A stretch of DNA of 64,000 nucleotides from Eledone cirrhosa (GCA_964016885.1 OZ024750.1:54746001-54810000); one strand, 5' to 3'; positions 22,188-35,470 are shown, numbered from the stretch's first letter. Numbers and translations are program-made. Notes: generated from the sequence alone by a model not told the origin.

Positions 22188-24616
22188 CCATGAAACCAGG
22201 ATAACTACCGGCCTAACATCCTTCTGGCTTAAGACAGACTTTAGACTTAACATAACCCTGTGATGGACTGGTGTCCTGTCCAGGGGAAAGTCTTGTACTC
22301 TCAGTCACTTCACACCGTGAAACCAGGATAAGTACCGGCCTAACATCCTTCTGTTTTAAGAAAGACTTTAGACTTAACATAACCCTGTGATGGACTGGTG
22401 TCCTGTCCAGGAGGAAAGTCTTGTACTTTCAGTCACTTCACACCATGAAACCAGGATAACTACCGGCCTAACATACTTCTAGCTTAAGACAGACTTTAGA
22501 CTTAACATAACCCTGTGATGGACTGGTGTCCTGTCCAGGGGAAAGTCTTGTACTCTCAGTCACTTCACACCGTGAAACCAGGATAAGTACCGGCCTAACA
22601 TCCTTCTGTTTTAAGAAAGACTTTAGACTTAACATAACCCTGTGATGGACTGGTGTCCTGTCCAGGAGGAAAGTCTTGTACTTTCAGTCACTTCACACCA
22701 TGAAACCAGGATAACTACCGGCCTAACATACTTCTAGCTTAAGACAGACTTTAGACTTAACATAACCCTGTGATGGACTGGTGTCCTGTCCAGGAGGAAG
22801 TATTGTACTCTCAGTCACTTCACACCATGAAACCAGGATAACTACCGGCCTAACATCCTTCTGGCTTTAGACAGACTTTAGATTTAACATAACCCTGTGA
22901 TGGACTGGTGTCCTGTCCAGGGGGAAGTATTGTACTCTCAGTCACTTCACACCATGAAACCAGGATAAGTACCGGCCTAACATCCTTGTGGCATAAGACA
23001 GACTTTAGACTTAACATAACCCTGTGATGGACTAGTGTCCTGTACAGGAAGAAGTTTTTGTACTGTCAGTCACTTCACACCGTGAAACCAGGATGAGTAC
23101 CAGCCTAACATCCTTCTGGTTTAAGACAAACTTTAGATTTAACATAACCCTGTGATGGACTGGTGTCCTGTCCAGGGGGAAGTCTTGTACTTTCAGTCAT
23201 TTCACACCATGAAACCAGGATAACTACCGGCCTAACATCCTTCTGGCTTAAGACAGACTTTAGACTTAACATAACCCTGTGATGGACTGGTGTCCTGTCC
23301 AGGGGGAAGTCTTGTACTCTCAGTCACTTCACACCATGAAACCAGGATAACTACCGGCCTAACATCCTTCTGGTTTAAGACAGACTTTATTCTTAACATA
23401 GCCCTGTGATGCACTGGTCTCCTGTCCAGGGGAAAGTCTTGTACTCTCAGTCGCTTCACACCATGAAACCAGGATAAGTACCGGCCTAACATCCTTCTGG
23501 TTTAAGACAGACTTTAGACTTAAGATAACCCTGTGATGGACTGGTGTCCTGTCCAGGGGGAAAGTCTTGTACTCTCAGTCACTTCACACCATGAAACCAG
23601 GATAAGTACCGGCCTAACATCCTTGTGGCATAAGACAGACTTTAGACTTAACATAAACCTGTGATGGACTGGTGTCCTGTCCAAGGGGAAGTCTTGTACT
23701 CTCAGTCACTTCACACCATGAAACCAGGATAAGTACCGGCCTAACATCCTTCAGTTTTAAGAAAGACTTTAGACTTAACATAACCCTGTGATGGACTGGT
23801 GTCCTGTCCAGGGGGAAGTCTTGTACTCTCAGTCACTTCACACCATGAAACCAGTATAAGTACCTGCCTAACATCCTTCTGGCTTAAGAGAGACTTTAGA
23901 CTTAACATAACCCTGTGATGGACTGGTGTCCCGTCCAGGAGGAAGTCTTGTACTCTCCGTCACTTCACACCATGAAACCAGGATAACTACCGGCCTAACA
24001 TCCTTCTGGCTTTAGACAGACTTTAGACTGAACATAACCCTGTGATGGACTGGTGTCCTGTCCAGGGGGAAGTATTGTACTCTCAGTCACTTCACACTAT
24101 AAAACCAGGATAAGTACCGGCCTAACATCCTTCTGGCTTAAGACAGACTTTAGACTTAACATAACCCTGTGATGGACTGGTGTCCTGTCCAGGGGGAAGT
24201 CTTGTACTCTCAGTCACTTCACACCATGAAACCAGTATAAGTACCTGCCTAACATCCTTCTGGTTTAAGACAGACTTTAGACTTAACATAACCCTGTGAT
24301 GGACTGGTGTCCTGTCCAGGGGGAAAGTCTTGTACTCTCAGTCACTTCACACCATGAAACCAGGATAAGTACCGGCCTAACATCCTTCTGGTTTAAGACA
24401 GACTTTAGAATTAACATAACCCTGTGATGGACTGGTGTCCTGTCCAGGAAGAAGTTTTTGCACTCTCTGTCACTTCACACCGTGAAACCAGGATACGTAC
24501 CAGCCTAACATCCTTCTGGTTTAAGACAGACTTTAGACTTAACATAACCCTGTGATGGACTGGTGTCCTGTCTAGGGGGAAGTCTTGTACTTTCAGTCAT
24601 TTCACACCATGAAACC
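22188..24616. repeat. ~127-bp satellite, ~19 copies, SINE-core-like
   Basis: tgaaaccagg recurs at 22191, 22318, 22446 and onward; the unit contains taaccctgtgatggactggtgtcctgtccagggg. Confidence 0.95.
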
Positions 24617-27600
24617 CAAGACTCAGACTTAGATTAAAGCCGAACACGAAGCCTTAAATTAGACTTAAACCCGAAATCCAAGCCTGAGACTTAGATTTAA
24701 GCTCCAATCCCAAGCCTTAGACTTAGACTTAAACCCCAACCGCAAGCCTTAGACTTAGACTTAAACCCCAAACCAAAGCCGTAGACATAGACTTAAGTCC
24801 CAACACGAAGCCTTAGACATAGACTTAAAACACAAACTCAAGCCTTACACTTAGACTTAAACCCCAACCCCAAGCCTTAGACTTAGATTTAAACACCAAC
24901 CCCAAGCCTCAGACTTAGACTTAAAGCCGAACACAAAGCCTTAAATTAGACTAAAACCCGAAATCCAAGCCTGAGACTTAGATTTAAGCCCCAATCCCAA
25001 GCCTTAGACTTAGACTTAAACCACAACCCTTAGACTTAAACCACAATCCCAATCCTGAGACTTAGAATTAAACTCCAACCCAAAAACTTAGATCCCAACC
25101 ACAACCCCAAGCATTAGACAGAGACTTAAACCTTAACCCCAAGCCTTAGACTTAGACGTAAACACCAACCAAAAGCCTTAGATTTAGACTTAAACCCCAA
25201 ACACAAGCCTTAGACTTAGACTTAAACCCTAACCCCATTCCTTAGATTTAGACTTACAACCCAACCCCTTATCTTAGACGTAAGCTTCAACCCCAACTCC
25301 AAGACTTAGACTTAGCTTTAAACATTAACCTCAAACCTTATACGTAGACACTAACCCAAAACCAAAGCCTTAGACTTAGAATTAAACCCCAACCCCAAGC
25401 CTTAGACTTAGATTTAAATACCAACCCAGGACTCAGACTTAGATTAAAGCCTAACACGAAGCCTTAAATTAGACTTAAACCCGAAATCCAAGCCTGAGAC
25501 TTAGATTTAAACTCCAATCCCAAGCCTAGACTTATACTTAAACCCTAACCCCATTCCTTAGATTTAGACTTACACCCCGACCCCTTATCTTAGACGTAAG
25601 CTTAAACCCCAACTCCAACACTTAGACTTAGCTTTAAACCCTAACCTCAAACCTTAGACGTAGACACTAACCTCAAATCAAAGCCTTAGACTTAGAATTA
25701 AACCCCAACCCCAAGCCTTAGACTTAGATTTAAACACCAACCCAAAATTCAGACTTTGATTAAAGCCGAACACGAAGCCTTAAATTAGACTTAAACCCGA
25801 AATCCAAGCCTGAGACTTATATTTAAGCTCTAATCCCAAGCCTTAGACTTAGACTTAAACCCGAACCCCAAGCCTTAGAATTAAACCCTAACCCCAAGCC
25901 TTAGACTTAGAATTAAACTCCAACCCAAAGACTTAGACCCCAACCCCAACCCCAAGCATTAGACAGAGACTTAAACCTTAACCCCAAGCCTTAGACTTAG
26001 ACGTAAACACCAACCCAAAGCCTTAGATTTAGACTTAAACCCCAAACCCAAGCCTTACACTTAGACTTAAACCCTAACCCCATTCCTTAGATTTAGACTT
26101 ACACCCCAACCCCTTATCTTAGACGTAAGCTTAAACCCCAACTCCAAAACTTAGACTTAGCTTTAAACCCTAACCTCAAACCTTAGACGTAGACACTAAC
26201 CCCAAACTAAAGCCTTAGACTTAGAATTAAACCCCAACCCCAAGCCTTAGACTTAAATTTAAACACCAACCCAACACTCAGGCTTAGATTAAAGCCGAAC
26301 ACGAAGCCTGAAATTAGACTTAAACCCGAAATCCAAGCCTGAGACTTAGATTTAAGCTCCAATCCCAAGCCTTAGACTTATACGTAAACCCGAACGCCAA
26401 GCCTTAGACTTAAACCCCAACCTCAAGCCTTAGACTTAGACTTAAACCCAAAACCAAAGCCTTAGACATAGACTTAAGTCCCAACACGAAGCCTTAGACA
26501 TAGACTTAAAACACAAACACAAGCCTTACACTTAGACTTAAACCCCAACCCCAAGCCTTAGACTTAGATTTAAGCCCCAATCCCAAGCCTTAGACTTAGA
26601 CTTAAACCCCAACCCTTAGACTTAAAACCCAATTCCAATCCTGTGACTTAGAATTAAACTCCAACCCTAAGACATAGACCCCAACCCCAACCCCAAGCAT
26701 GAGACAGAGACTTAAACCTTAACCCCAAGCCTTAGACTTAGACGTAAACAACAACCCAAAGCCTTAGATTTAGACTTAAACCCCAAACGCAAGCCTTAGA
26801 CTTAGACTTAAACCCTAACCACCTTCCTTAGATTTAGACTTACACCCCAACCCCTTATCTTAGACGTAAGCTTCAACCCCAACTCCAAGACTTAGACTTA
26901 GCTTTAAACATTAACCTCAAACCGTATACGTAGACACTAACCCCAAACCAAAGCCTTAGACTTAGAATTAAACCCCAACCCCAAGCCTTAGACTTAGATT
27001 TAAACACCAACCCAAGACTCAGACTTAGATTAAAGCCGAACACGAAGCCTTAAATTAGACTTAAACCCGAAATCCAAGCCTGAGACATAAACACCAATCC
27101 CAAGCCTTAGACTTAGACTTAAACCCGAACCCCAAGCCTTAGAATTAAACCCCAACCCCAAGCCTTAGACTTAGATTTAAACACCAACCCAAGACTCAGA
27201 CTTAGATTAAAGCCGAACACGAAGACTTAAATTAGACTTAAACCCGAAATCCAAGCCTGAGACTTAGATTTAAGCTCCAATCCCAAGCCTTAGACTTAGA
27301 CTTAAACCCGAACCCCAAGCCTTAGACTTAAACCCCAACCCCAAGCCTTAGACTTAGAATTAAACTCCAACCCAAAGACTTAGACCCCAACCCCAACCCC
27401 AAGCATTAGACAGAGACTTAAACCTTAACCCCAAGCCTTAGACTTAGACGTAAACACCAACCAAAAGCCTTAGATTTAGACTTAAACCCCAAACCCAAGC
27501 CTTAGACTTAGACTTAAACCCTAACCCCATTCCTTAAATTTAGACTTACACCCCAACTCCAACACTTAGCCTTAGCTTTAAACCCTAACTTCAAACCTTA

Positions 27601-27867
27601 GACGTAGACACTAACCTCAAACCAAAGCCTTAGACTTAGAATTAAACCCCAACCCCAAGCCTTAGACTTAGATTTAAACACCAACCCAAAATTCAGACTT
27701 TGATTAAAGCCGAACACAAAGCCTTAAATTAGACTTAAACCCGAAATCCAAGCCTGAGACTTATATTTAAGCTCTAATCCCAAGCCTTAGACTTAGACTT
27801 AAACCCGAACCCCAAGCCTTAGAATTAAACCCCAACCCCAAGCCTTAGACTTAGATTTAAACACCAA
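24617..27867. repeat. Degenerate ~32-bp satellite of TTAGAC and AACCCC/AACCCT hexamers, with irregular higher-order blocks
   Basis: Unit aaccccaagccttagacttagacttaaacccc. Confidence 0.92.
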
Positions 27868-29759
27868 GTACTATTGTATTTCCATGGTAAAGTCTTTACC
27901 TCACATAACATTTACATTACTCTATATATACTATTGTATTTCCATGGTAAAGTCTTTACCTTACATAACATTTTCATTACTCTATATATACTATTATATT
28001 TCCATGGTAATGTCTTTACCTCACATAACATTTACATTACTCTATATATACTATTGTATTTCCAGAGTAATGTAAATGTTATGTGAGGTAAAGACTTTAC
28101 CATGGAAATACAATAGTATATATAGAGTAATGTAAATGTTATGTGAGATAAAGACTTTACCATGGAAATAAATAGTATATATAGAGTAATGTAAATGTTA
28201 TGTGAGATAAAGACTTTACCATGGAAATATAATAGTATATAAAGAGTAATGTATATGTTATGTGAGGTAAAGACTTTACCATGGAAATACAATAGTATAT
28301 ATAGAGTAATGTAATGTTATGTGAGGTAAAGACTTTACCATGGAAATACAATAGTATATATAGAGTAATGTAAATGTTATGTGAGGTAAAGACTTTACCA
28401 TGGAAATACAATAGTATATATAAAGTAATGTAAATGTTATGTGAGGTAAAGGCTTTACCATGGAAATATAATAGTATATATAGAGTAATGTAAATGTTAT
28501 GTGAGGTAAAGGCTTTACCATGGAAATATAATAGTATATATAGAATAATGTAAATGGTATGTGAGGTAAAGTCTTTACCATGGAAATATAATAGTATATA
28601 TAGAGTAATGTAAATGTTATGTGAGGTAAAGGCTTTACCATGGAAATACAATAGTATATATAGAGTAATGTAAATGTTATGTGAGGTAAAGACTTTACCA
28701 TGGAAATATAATAGTATATATAGAGTAATGTAAATGTTATGTGAGGTAAAGGCTTTACCATGGAAATACAATAGTATATATAGAGTAATGTAAATGTTAT
28801 GTGAGGTAAAGACTTTACCATGGAAATACAATAGTGTATATATAGTAATGTGAATATTATGTGAGGTAAAGACTTTACCATGGAAATATAATAGTATATA
28901 TAGAGTAACGTAAATGTTATGTGAGATAAAGACTTTACCATGGAAATACAATAGTATATATAGAGTAATGTAAATGATATGTGAGGTAAAGACTTTACCA
29001 TGGAAATATAATAGTATATATAGAGTAATGTAAATGTTATGTGAGGTAAAGACTTTACCATGGAAATATAATAGTATATATAGAGTAATGTAAATGTTAT
29101 GTGAGGTAAAGACTTTACCATGGAAATATAATAGTATATATAGAGTAATATAAATGTTATGTGAGGTAAAGACTTTACCATGGAAATACAATAGTATATA
29201 TAGAGTAATGTAAATGTTATGTGAGGTAAAGACTTTACCATGGAAATACAATAGCATATATAGAGTAATGTAAATGTTATGTGAGGTAAAGACTTTACCA
29301 TGGAAATATAATAGTATATATAGAGTAATGTAAATGTTATGTGAGGTAAAGACTTTACCATGGAAATATAATAGTATATATAGAGTAATGTAAATGTTAT
29401 GTGAGGTAAAGACTTTACCATGGAAATATAATAGTATATATAGAGTAATGTAAATGTTATGTGAGGTAAAGACTTTACCATGGAAATACAATAGTATATA
29501 TAGAGTAATGTAAATGTTATGTGAGGTAAAGACTTTACCATGGAAATACAATAGTATATATAGAGTAATGTAAATGTTATGTGAGGTAAAGACTTTACCA
29601 TGGAAATATAATAGTATATATAGAGCAATGTAAATGTTATGTGAGGTAAAGACTTTACCATGGAAATATAATAGTATATATAGAGTAATGTAAATGTTAT
29701 GTGAGGTAAAGACTTTACCATGGAAATATAATAGTATATATAGAATAATGTAAATGTTA
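27868..29759. repeat. 60-bp satellite: ~3 copies, then inverted at 28063/28064, then ~28 copies
   Basis: Unit gtgaggtaaagactttaccatggaaatataatagtatatatagagtaatgtaaatgttat, in exact 60-nt register. Confidence 0.97.
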
Positions 29760-29788
29760 AAGGACTTTTAGGTCCCGAAATATTTGAA

Positions 29789-30290
29789 TCATCACCATTT
29801 AGCATCCATTTTTCCATTCTTGCATGGGTTAGACGGGTCATCCACGCCAGGAGGCAAGTCTGGTCAGGGCTGGCCATGTGTCACACCTTGCTCAGGTGAG
29901 GTCTGTAAATTTGGTCGGGTATTTTACAGCTGGATTCCCTTCCTAACACCAACCATGTTTACAGTGTGGAACTGGATGGCTCTGTTATGAGGAGGGACAG
30001 GCCAGTTGGCTGCACTGAACCCATCTCACAGTGGAACTATAATTTTGGGGCCTGGTACTGGGTGGCACCATTATGAGGAAGGGTGGCCAGCCAGCTGCTC
30101 CAAACCCTTTTCATGAGGTTACCATAGTTATGGAGACTGGTACTAGATGGTATGCTTATGAGAAGGGCTGGCCAGTTGGCTGTGCCACTATGGGGAGAGA
30201 GCTAATCGGTCGAGCTAAACCCATCTTACAAGGTTACCACAGTTTTGGGGCCCTGTAATAGATGACACTGCTATCATAATGGTGCAGCTG
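29789..30290 (-). mobile_element. Degenerate RTE-related non-autonomous element
   Basis: (CAT)n-like tail, tgcatgggttagacggg and ccttcctaacaccaacc shared with 51776-52030 and 61268-61400. Confidence 0.55.
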
Positions 30291-30365
30291 TAGTTTGACA
30301 TATATATAGCCTTGGTTTATATAAATAAACATCCCACAGGTATATTTCTACAGTTTACCAATGTA

Positions 30366-30488
30366 CCGTATTTACCGGTGCCAAACTCGGAAAAAAATAA
30401 TAAATAACTTTCGGCCTCCAGGACGTATGGTAGATTTTTGAGACTTATATTAGGGAAAAAGTAACATCATCGACGCTGGGAAATGTGG
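30366..30488. mobile_element. Small Tc1/mariner-type MITE in a TA site
   Basis: TA-CCGTATTT...AAATGTGG-TA. The flanks rejoin to match the empty-site sequence at 30705-30760. Confidence 0.6.
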
Positions 30489-31221
30489 TAAAAATGTAAA
30501 ATTTCCACTGTTAAATCTATCTCTGTATTTTAAGTATTTTCTATTATCTCATACTGTTTCTTATAAGTCCTATAAGAATGAATTTGTTGCTAAACTGCCA
30601 TAGAGCAGACCTCTGAAGAGATAGAAGGATATCATTTATAGAGCATGCTGGAATACCACTGCTTACATTGGATTGGAGAGAATTGCTCTGGACAGAATGT
30701 TGATATCTACAGTTTACCAATATAGAAATATAACATTTCCACTGTTAAATCTATCTCTGCTTCTAAAGTATTCTGTATTATCTCATACTGTTTCTTTCTT
30801 ATTTCAGAATATCAGATGACATTGGGATAAATTATTATTTTCAATCTTGGATACATCACCTCTATTTATCATCATTTGAAGACTAAAACATTCTAAACAC
30901 AACTTATATAACATTGTTTATATAAATCTATAGTTCAATTACTTTGAAATATTTCCTCAAAATTGAGTTTATTTTCCTCACTATGAGATGATTTTGTATT
31001 TTAACTGAACTTGGGTGAAACATAAGTTTGTATTATCTTCAGATATTAACTGAAATATAGTTGAGGGAAATATAGAAGATATATTTTATAAGAAATATAT
31101 AAAAAATATTACAAGGAAAACATTTGTATATTCTGTTGAAGAAGGAATAATTATGGAAAATAAATAGACTGAGAAGATTAAATATGAAACACAATCTAAA
31201 GTGTTTAGTGTTCCTGGTGAG

Positions 31222-32259
31222 ATGACAAAGGTGAAAGAAGAGAAGCCATATCACTGTGATATCTGTGGTAAATCATTCTTTGATAGTAGTGCCTTAACTT
31301 CTGACATACGTTCCCATACAGGTGAGAAACCATATCACTGTGATATCTGTGGTAAATCATTCAATAAACGTAGTACCTTAATTAGTCACAAGCGTATACA
31401 TAAAGGAGAGAAGCCATATCGCTGTGATATCTGTGGTATATCATTCTATCAAAGTAGTAACTTAACTTCTCACAAACGTACCCATACAGGTGAGAAACCA
31501 TATCAGTGCGATATCTGTGGTAAATCATTCTCTGTGAGTAGTAACTTAAATACTCACTTACGTACTCATACAGGAGATAAGCCATATCACTGTGAGATCT
31601 GTGGTAAATCATTCTCTGCAAGTATTAGCCTAACTACACATGAACGTATACATACAGGAGACAAGCCATATCCCTGTGATATCTGTGGCAAATCATTCTC
31701 TGAAAGTAGTACCTTAATTAAGCATATACGTACCCATACAGGACACAAGCCATGTCACTGTGATATCTGTGGTAAATCATTCTCTCAAATTAGTCACTTA
31801 ACTAGCCACAAACGTGCCCATACAGGAGACAAGCCATATCACTGTGATATCTGTGGTAAATCATTCTCTGTAAGTGGTCACTTAACTACACACAAACGTA
31901 TACATACAGGAGACAAGCCATATCACTGTGATATCTGTGGTATATCATTCTCTGATACTAGTGCCTTGACTAGACACAAACGTACACATACAGGAGACAA
32001 GCCATATCACTGTGATATCTGTGGGAAATCATTCTCTGTAAGTGGTACCTTAACTAGCCACAAACGTATACATACAGGAGACAAGTCATATCACTGTGAT
32101 ATCTGTGGTAAATCATTCTCTGTAAGTGGTACCTTAACTAGCCACAAACGTATACATACAGGAGACAAGACATTTTACTGTGATATCTGTGGTATATCAT
32201 TCTCTGGGAAAACTAACCTAACTTCTCACACATTTATACATGCAGAAGAGAAATCATAA
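31222..32259 (+). CDS. Tandem C2H2 zinc-finger protein A, 12 fingers (first finger H->D defective)
   Basis: Repeating [10 protein letters not shown]...H..IHTGD/EKP. Open from GTG 31201 with first ATG at 31222. The paralogous ATG at 31153 is followed by an in-frame TAG. Candidate acceptor tttcag ends at 30807. Confidence 0.85.
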   Translation: MTKVKEEKPYHCDICGKSFFDSSALTSDIRSHTGEKPYHCDICGKSFNKRSTLISHKRIHKGEKPYRCDICGISFYQSSNLTSHKRTHTGEKPYQCDICGKSFSVSSNLNTHLRTHTGDKPYHCEICGKSFSASISLTTHERIHTGDKPYPCDICGKSFSESSTLIKHIRTHTGHKPCHCDICGKSFSQISHLTSHKRAHTGDKPYHCDICGKSFSVSGHLTTHKRIHTGDKPYHCDICGISFSDTSALTRHKRTHTGDKPYHCDICGKSFSVSGTLTSHKRIHTGDKSYHCDICGKSFSVSGTLTSHKRIHTGDKTFYCDICGISFSGKTNLTSHTFIHAEEKS

Positions 32260-32945
32260 CGCATTGCCATCAGTGATGAATCATTCCCTCAAATTTGTGA
32301 ATTAATGAGAATACAATTACATATCTTTGTGACATCTGAGAGAAATCATTCTCTTTGAATGTTACATTAACTACACACAAACATATACATACAGCTGGGA
32401 AGCCATATCACTTTAATATATTTGGTAAATCTTTCTCTAAATGTTGTGGCTTCACTAGACACTAACATATACAGGAGAGGAACCATATCACTGTGATGTC
32501 TGTGGTAAATCTTTCCCTGAATGCTGTGGCTTGACTAGACACTAACATATACAGGAGAGGAACCATATCACTGTGATGTTTGTGTTAAATAATTTTCTAC
32601 ACACTAACATATACAGGAGAGGAACTAGATCAATGTGATGTCTTGTAAATGTTACTTGATGCAACACAAACACAATGAGACAAGATAAAAACCATGTCAC
32701 TCACCTAAAATAGTGCCACCAATGTTTGTAGAAGTTGTAACCAAGAGTTTTGACAACAAAACTGTATGATTCAGAATTTACATACACTATATATACATGA
32801 ATGTATGTGTGTAGAAATTTGTTTGTATCTGTGTTTGTATAGAAGTATGTGCATTCGCTAAATGTTATGACTTCACTAGATACTAACATATACAGGAGAG
32901 GAACTATATCACTGTGATGTCTGTGATAAATCATTCTCTTGTAAA
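32260..32945 (+). repeat. Decayed zinc-finger units downstream of the ZNF-A stop (probable 3' UTR)
   Basis: Repeated acaggagaggaaccatatcactgtgatgtctgtggtaaat with indels and stops. Confidence 0.8.
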
Positions 32946-33221
32946 GGTTACTTGAATGCAACACAATCAGACAAGATAAAAACCATGTCACTCACCCAAA
33001 ATAGTGTCACCAATGTTGTTAATATTTTGAATAAAACTGTTTTACTAAGAAATTCTTCTCATTTCATTTTATTTGTAGAAGTTGTAACCAAGAATTTTGC
33101 TGACAAATCTGTAGTGTTCAGAATTTACATATGCTATATACATGTGAATGTATGTGTTTGTATATAAGTATGTGCATACCTGTGTTTGATTTATTTGTGT
33201 ATGTATGTGTGTATATGTACG

Positions 33222-33713
33222 TCATCTTCTTCAACATCATCACTGTTTTTATGTCCATTTTTCCATGCTTGCTTGGGTTGGACAAGCCCTTCTCAACATG
33301 GCATCTTTCAACTCGTCGTGTTCCTTTGTCATGTCCTCTGTGAGAGTCAGTTATTTGAAGTCAGTTCACACAGACTTTTTCCAGGTCTTTCTTGGTCTAC
33401 CTCTATTATCGCTTCCTTCTACTGGGATTTCCTGGCACTTCTTCACCCAGTGGTCATTATCCATGGGCATCACTTGTCCGTACAAACACAGTCTTCTCTC
33501 TTACACACCACTTCAGATCACTCTTAAATCCAGCTTCTTCTTGAACTCATCCAAGCTCTGCCTTCCTCTCACACTTACACAACATATCCTACAAAACATG
33601 GTTGTTTCATTTCTCTCCAGTCACAGCCCTTGTTTCGTTACCATACATCATTGCACATCACCCACATGTATCATACAGTTGTCCTTTTGTACAGAGAGAG
33701 AAACCTTTTGTGG
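33222..33713 (-). mobile_element. Old RTE 3' fragment shared with the paralogous locus (57220-57670)
   Basis: Diverged reverse complement of the RTE 3' end, at the same position relative to both ZNF genes. Confidence 0.75.
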
Positions 33714-34545
33714 TCAAAATATATACATATAAAACTGAGGATGTGTGTGTGTATGTCCGTACCTACATTACTTCTACAGTTTGCAACCAATTTTCTTCAA
33801 ATTTGGAACAAACATGGGTTATGTTCCCAGAAGTGTTGTGGACTCATAAAATTTTCCATTTTTTGTCTAATGTGGCCCCTAGGTGGACGAAGGCTGTACT
33901 GGATCACCGTGACAATCACGTCACATGTGCAAAACTTAAATAATTGTTGGTTAACATTTTACTCATCTTAGTGTGTTACGTCCTTTTTCCTTAGATAAGG
34001 CCTCCAAGGAAGAGATCCACCATTGGTCGAAAAACAGCGAAAGCTGAGAGAGGGAAAAGAAGAAAAGCAAAGGAATCATCAGTGGAGGCTGCAATTAGAC
34101 GATCGCAAGATGCTGAATGTAAAGATACTGCAAGAGTGTTAGAAATCTACAAGCAGTGTTGTATTTAAGACATAGGTTACTTATGTATTTCGGATGGTCA
34201 TGGGCACTTTCATTTTTCCAGATATTGATTATAGGGCTCCCCAGGGGCAGATAACCCCCCTTTAACCACTTCCTTGGTGTCGACTGAAGCACTGCAGTGC
34301 ATTGCAACAAAACGTCATAACTTCTGTAGTTCGCAACCGATTTTTACCAAACTTGACACATGGGCTATGTGCGTTCTCCAGATGAATTGGGACATATTGA
34401 GTAGGGGACTCCTGGGGCAGGAACCCCCTTTTGGAAAAAGACGATTGTGTACAAGTATAGTTTTCGAAGCAGCACTGAAGTATTGACATGATTGCTATAC
34501 ATGACAGCTATTTAATGCCCGAGATATGCCAGGTACCTCTGCTAG
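33714..34545 (+). mobile_element. Non-autonomous Helitron-like element
   Basis: 5' TC..atataaaactgaggatgtgtgtgt; internal ccgatttttaccaaactt-type motifs twice; 3' weak GC hairpin then CTAG|T. Confidence 0.5.
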
Positions 34546-34919
34546 TCACATATATAATTAAAACTGACAATTCCACCAATAAAGATTTACCTCCCTTTTT
34601 GACAATATGAAACTCTCCTCTGTTTGAGGTAAAAATTGTTGGAGGAAAGAACTTCCTTTTAATATATTTGTCGGCATGCCCAACAACGGGTCTGTTTGGA
34701 AGTGCCTCCCCCAATAAACAGTGGTGGCCATAAGTGGACTCGGAAACCAATGTTATCTGTATGAAACATTATTTACTCTAAATAGACTATGGGTCCACAA
34801 GAGATTTAGTGAGATACAAGGTAAGTTATCTAAGAACGTAGGTTTTACATGGGGTCATTGCACTGGAGCAGTAAGAAACAATCGCTTTTAGGAGACAAGC
34901 TCTATCAAATATTAAAAGG

Positions 34920-35470
34920 GTTCCATAGAAGCTGTTGACCGTTTCTGTTACCTGGGGGACCAATTAGCAGTGGAGGTAGGTGTTCTGAAAGTACAGTAAC
35001 CAGAGTAAGAACAAGATGGCAGAGGTTTATGGTGCTACTACTACTGGTGCTAGCTACAAAAGGTTGTTTCACCAATTTGATGTTTGCATATGAACAGCCA
35101 TGCTGCATTGCAGTGAGATCTGGGCACTGTGTGCAGAGGACCTCCGAAGATTGGATAGAAATGAATCTTGAATTCTCCAATGGATGTGTAATATTAATAT
35201 ACATGAAGAGTAAAGTGTAAATAATCTGAGAGAACTCGGGCATGAGAGGAATAAGATACAGTATGCAGGAGAGGAGATTGCTGTGCTATGGACATGTGAT
35301 GTGTATGAAGGTAGAGGTGCTGTATAAAAGGTTGACTGCTTGAAATTGATGGAAGAGGAAGACCTAGGAAAGCTTGGGTAAAACTGACCTGACACCATTG
35401 TACCTCTCAAAGGTGATGACACAGGGTTGAAATCTCTGACCTTATACAGTACTGCAGGAGACCTGCATTC
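34920..35470 (+). mobile_element. Highly degenerate RTE RT 3' fragment
   Basis: Similar to 8540-9110 (tacctgggggaccaattagc, tatggacatgtgatgtg). Confidence 0.65.

Noticed and set aside
28157-29877. 464- and 533-aa repetitive ORFs
   Set aside because: Translations of the 60-bp satellite (20-aa period) in two frames; no domain or unique termini.
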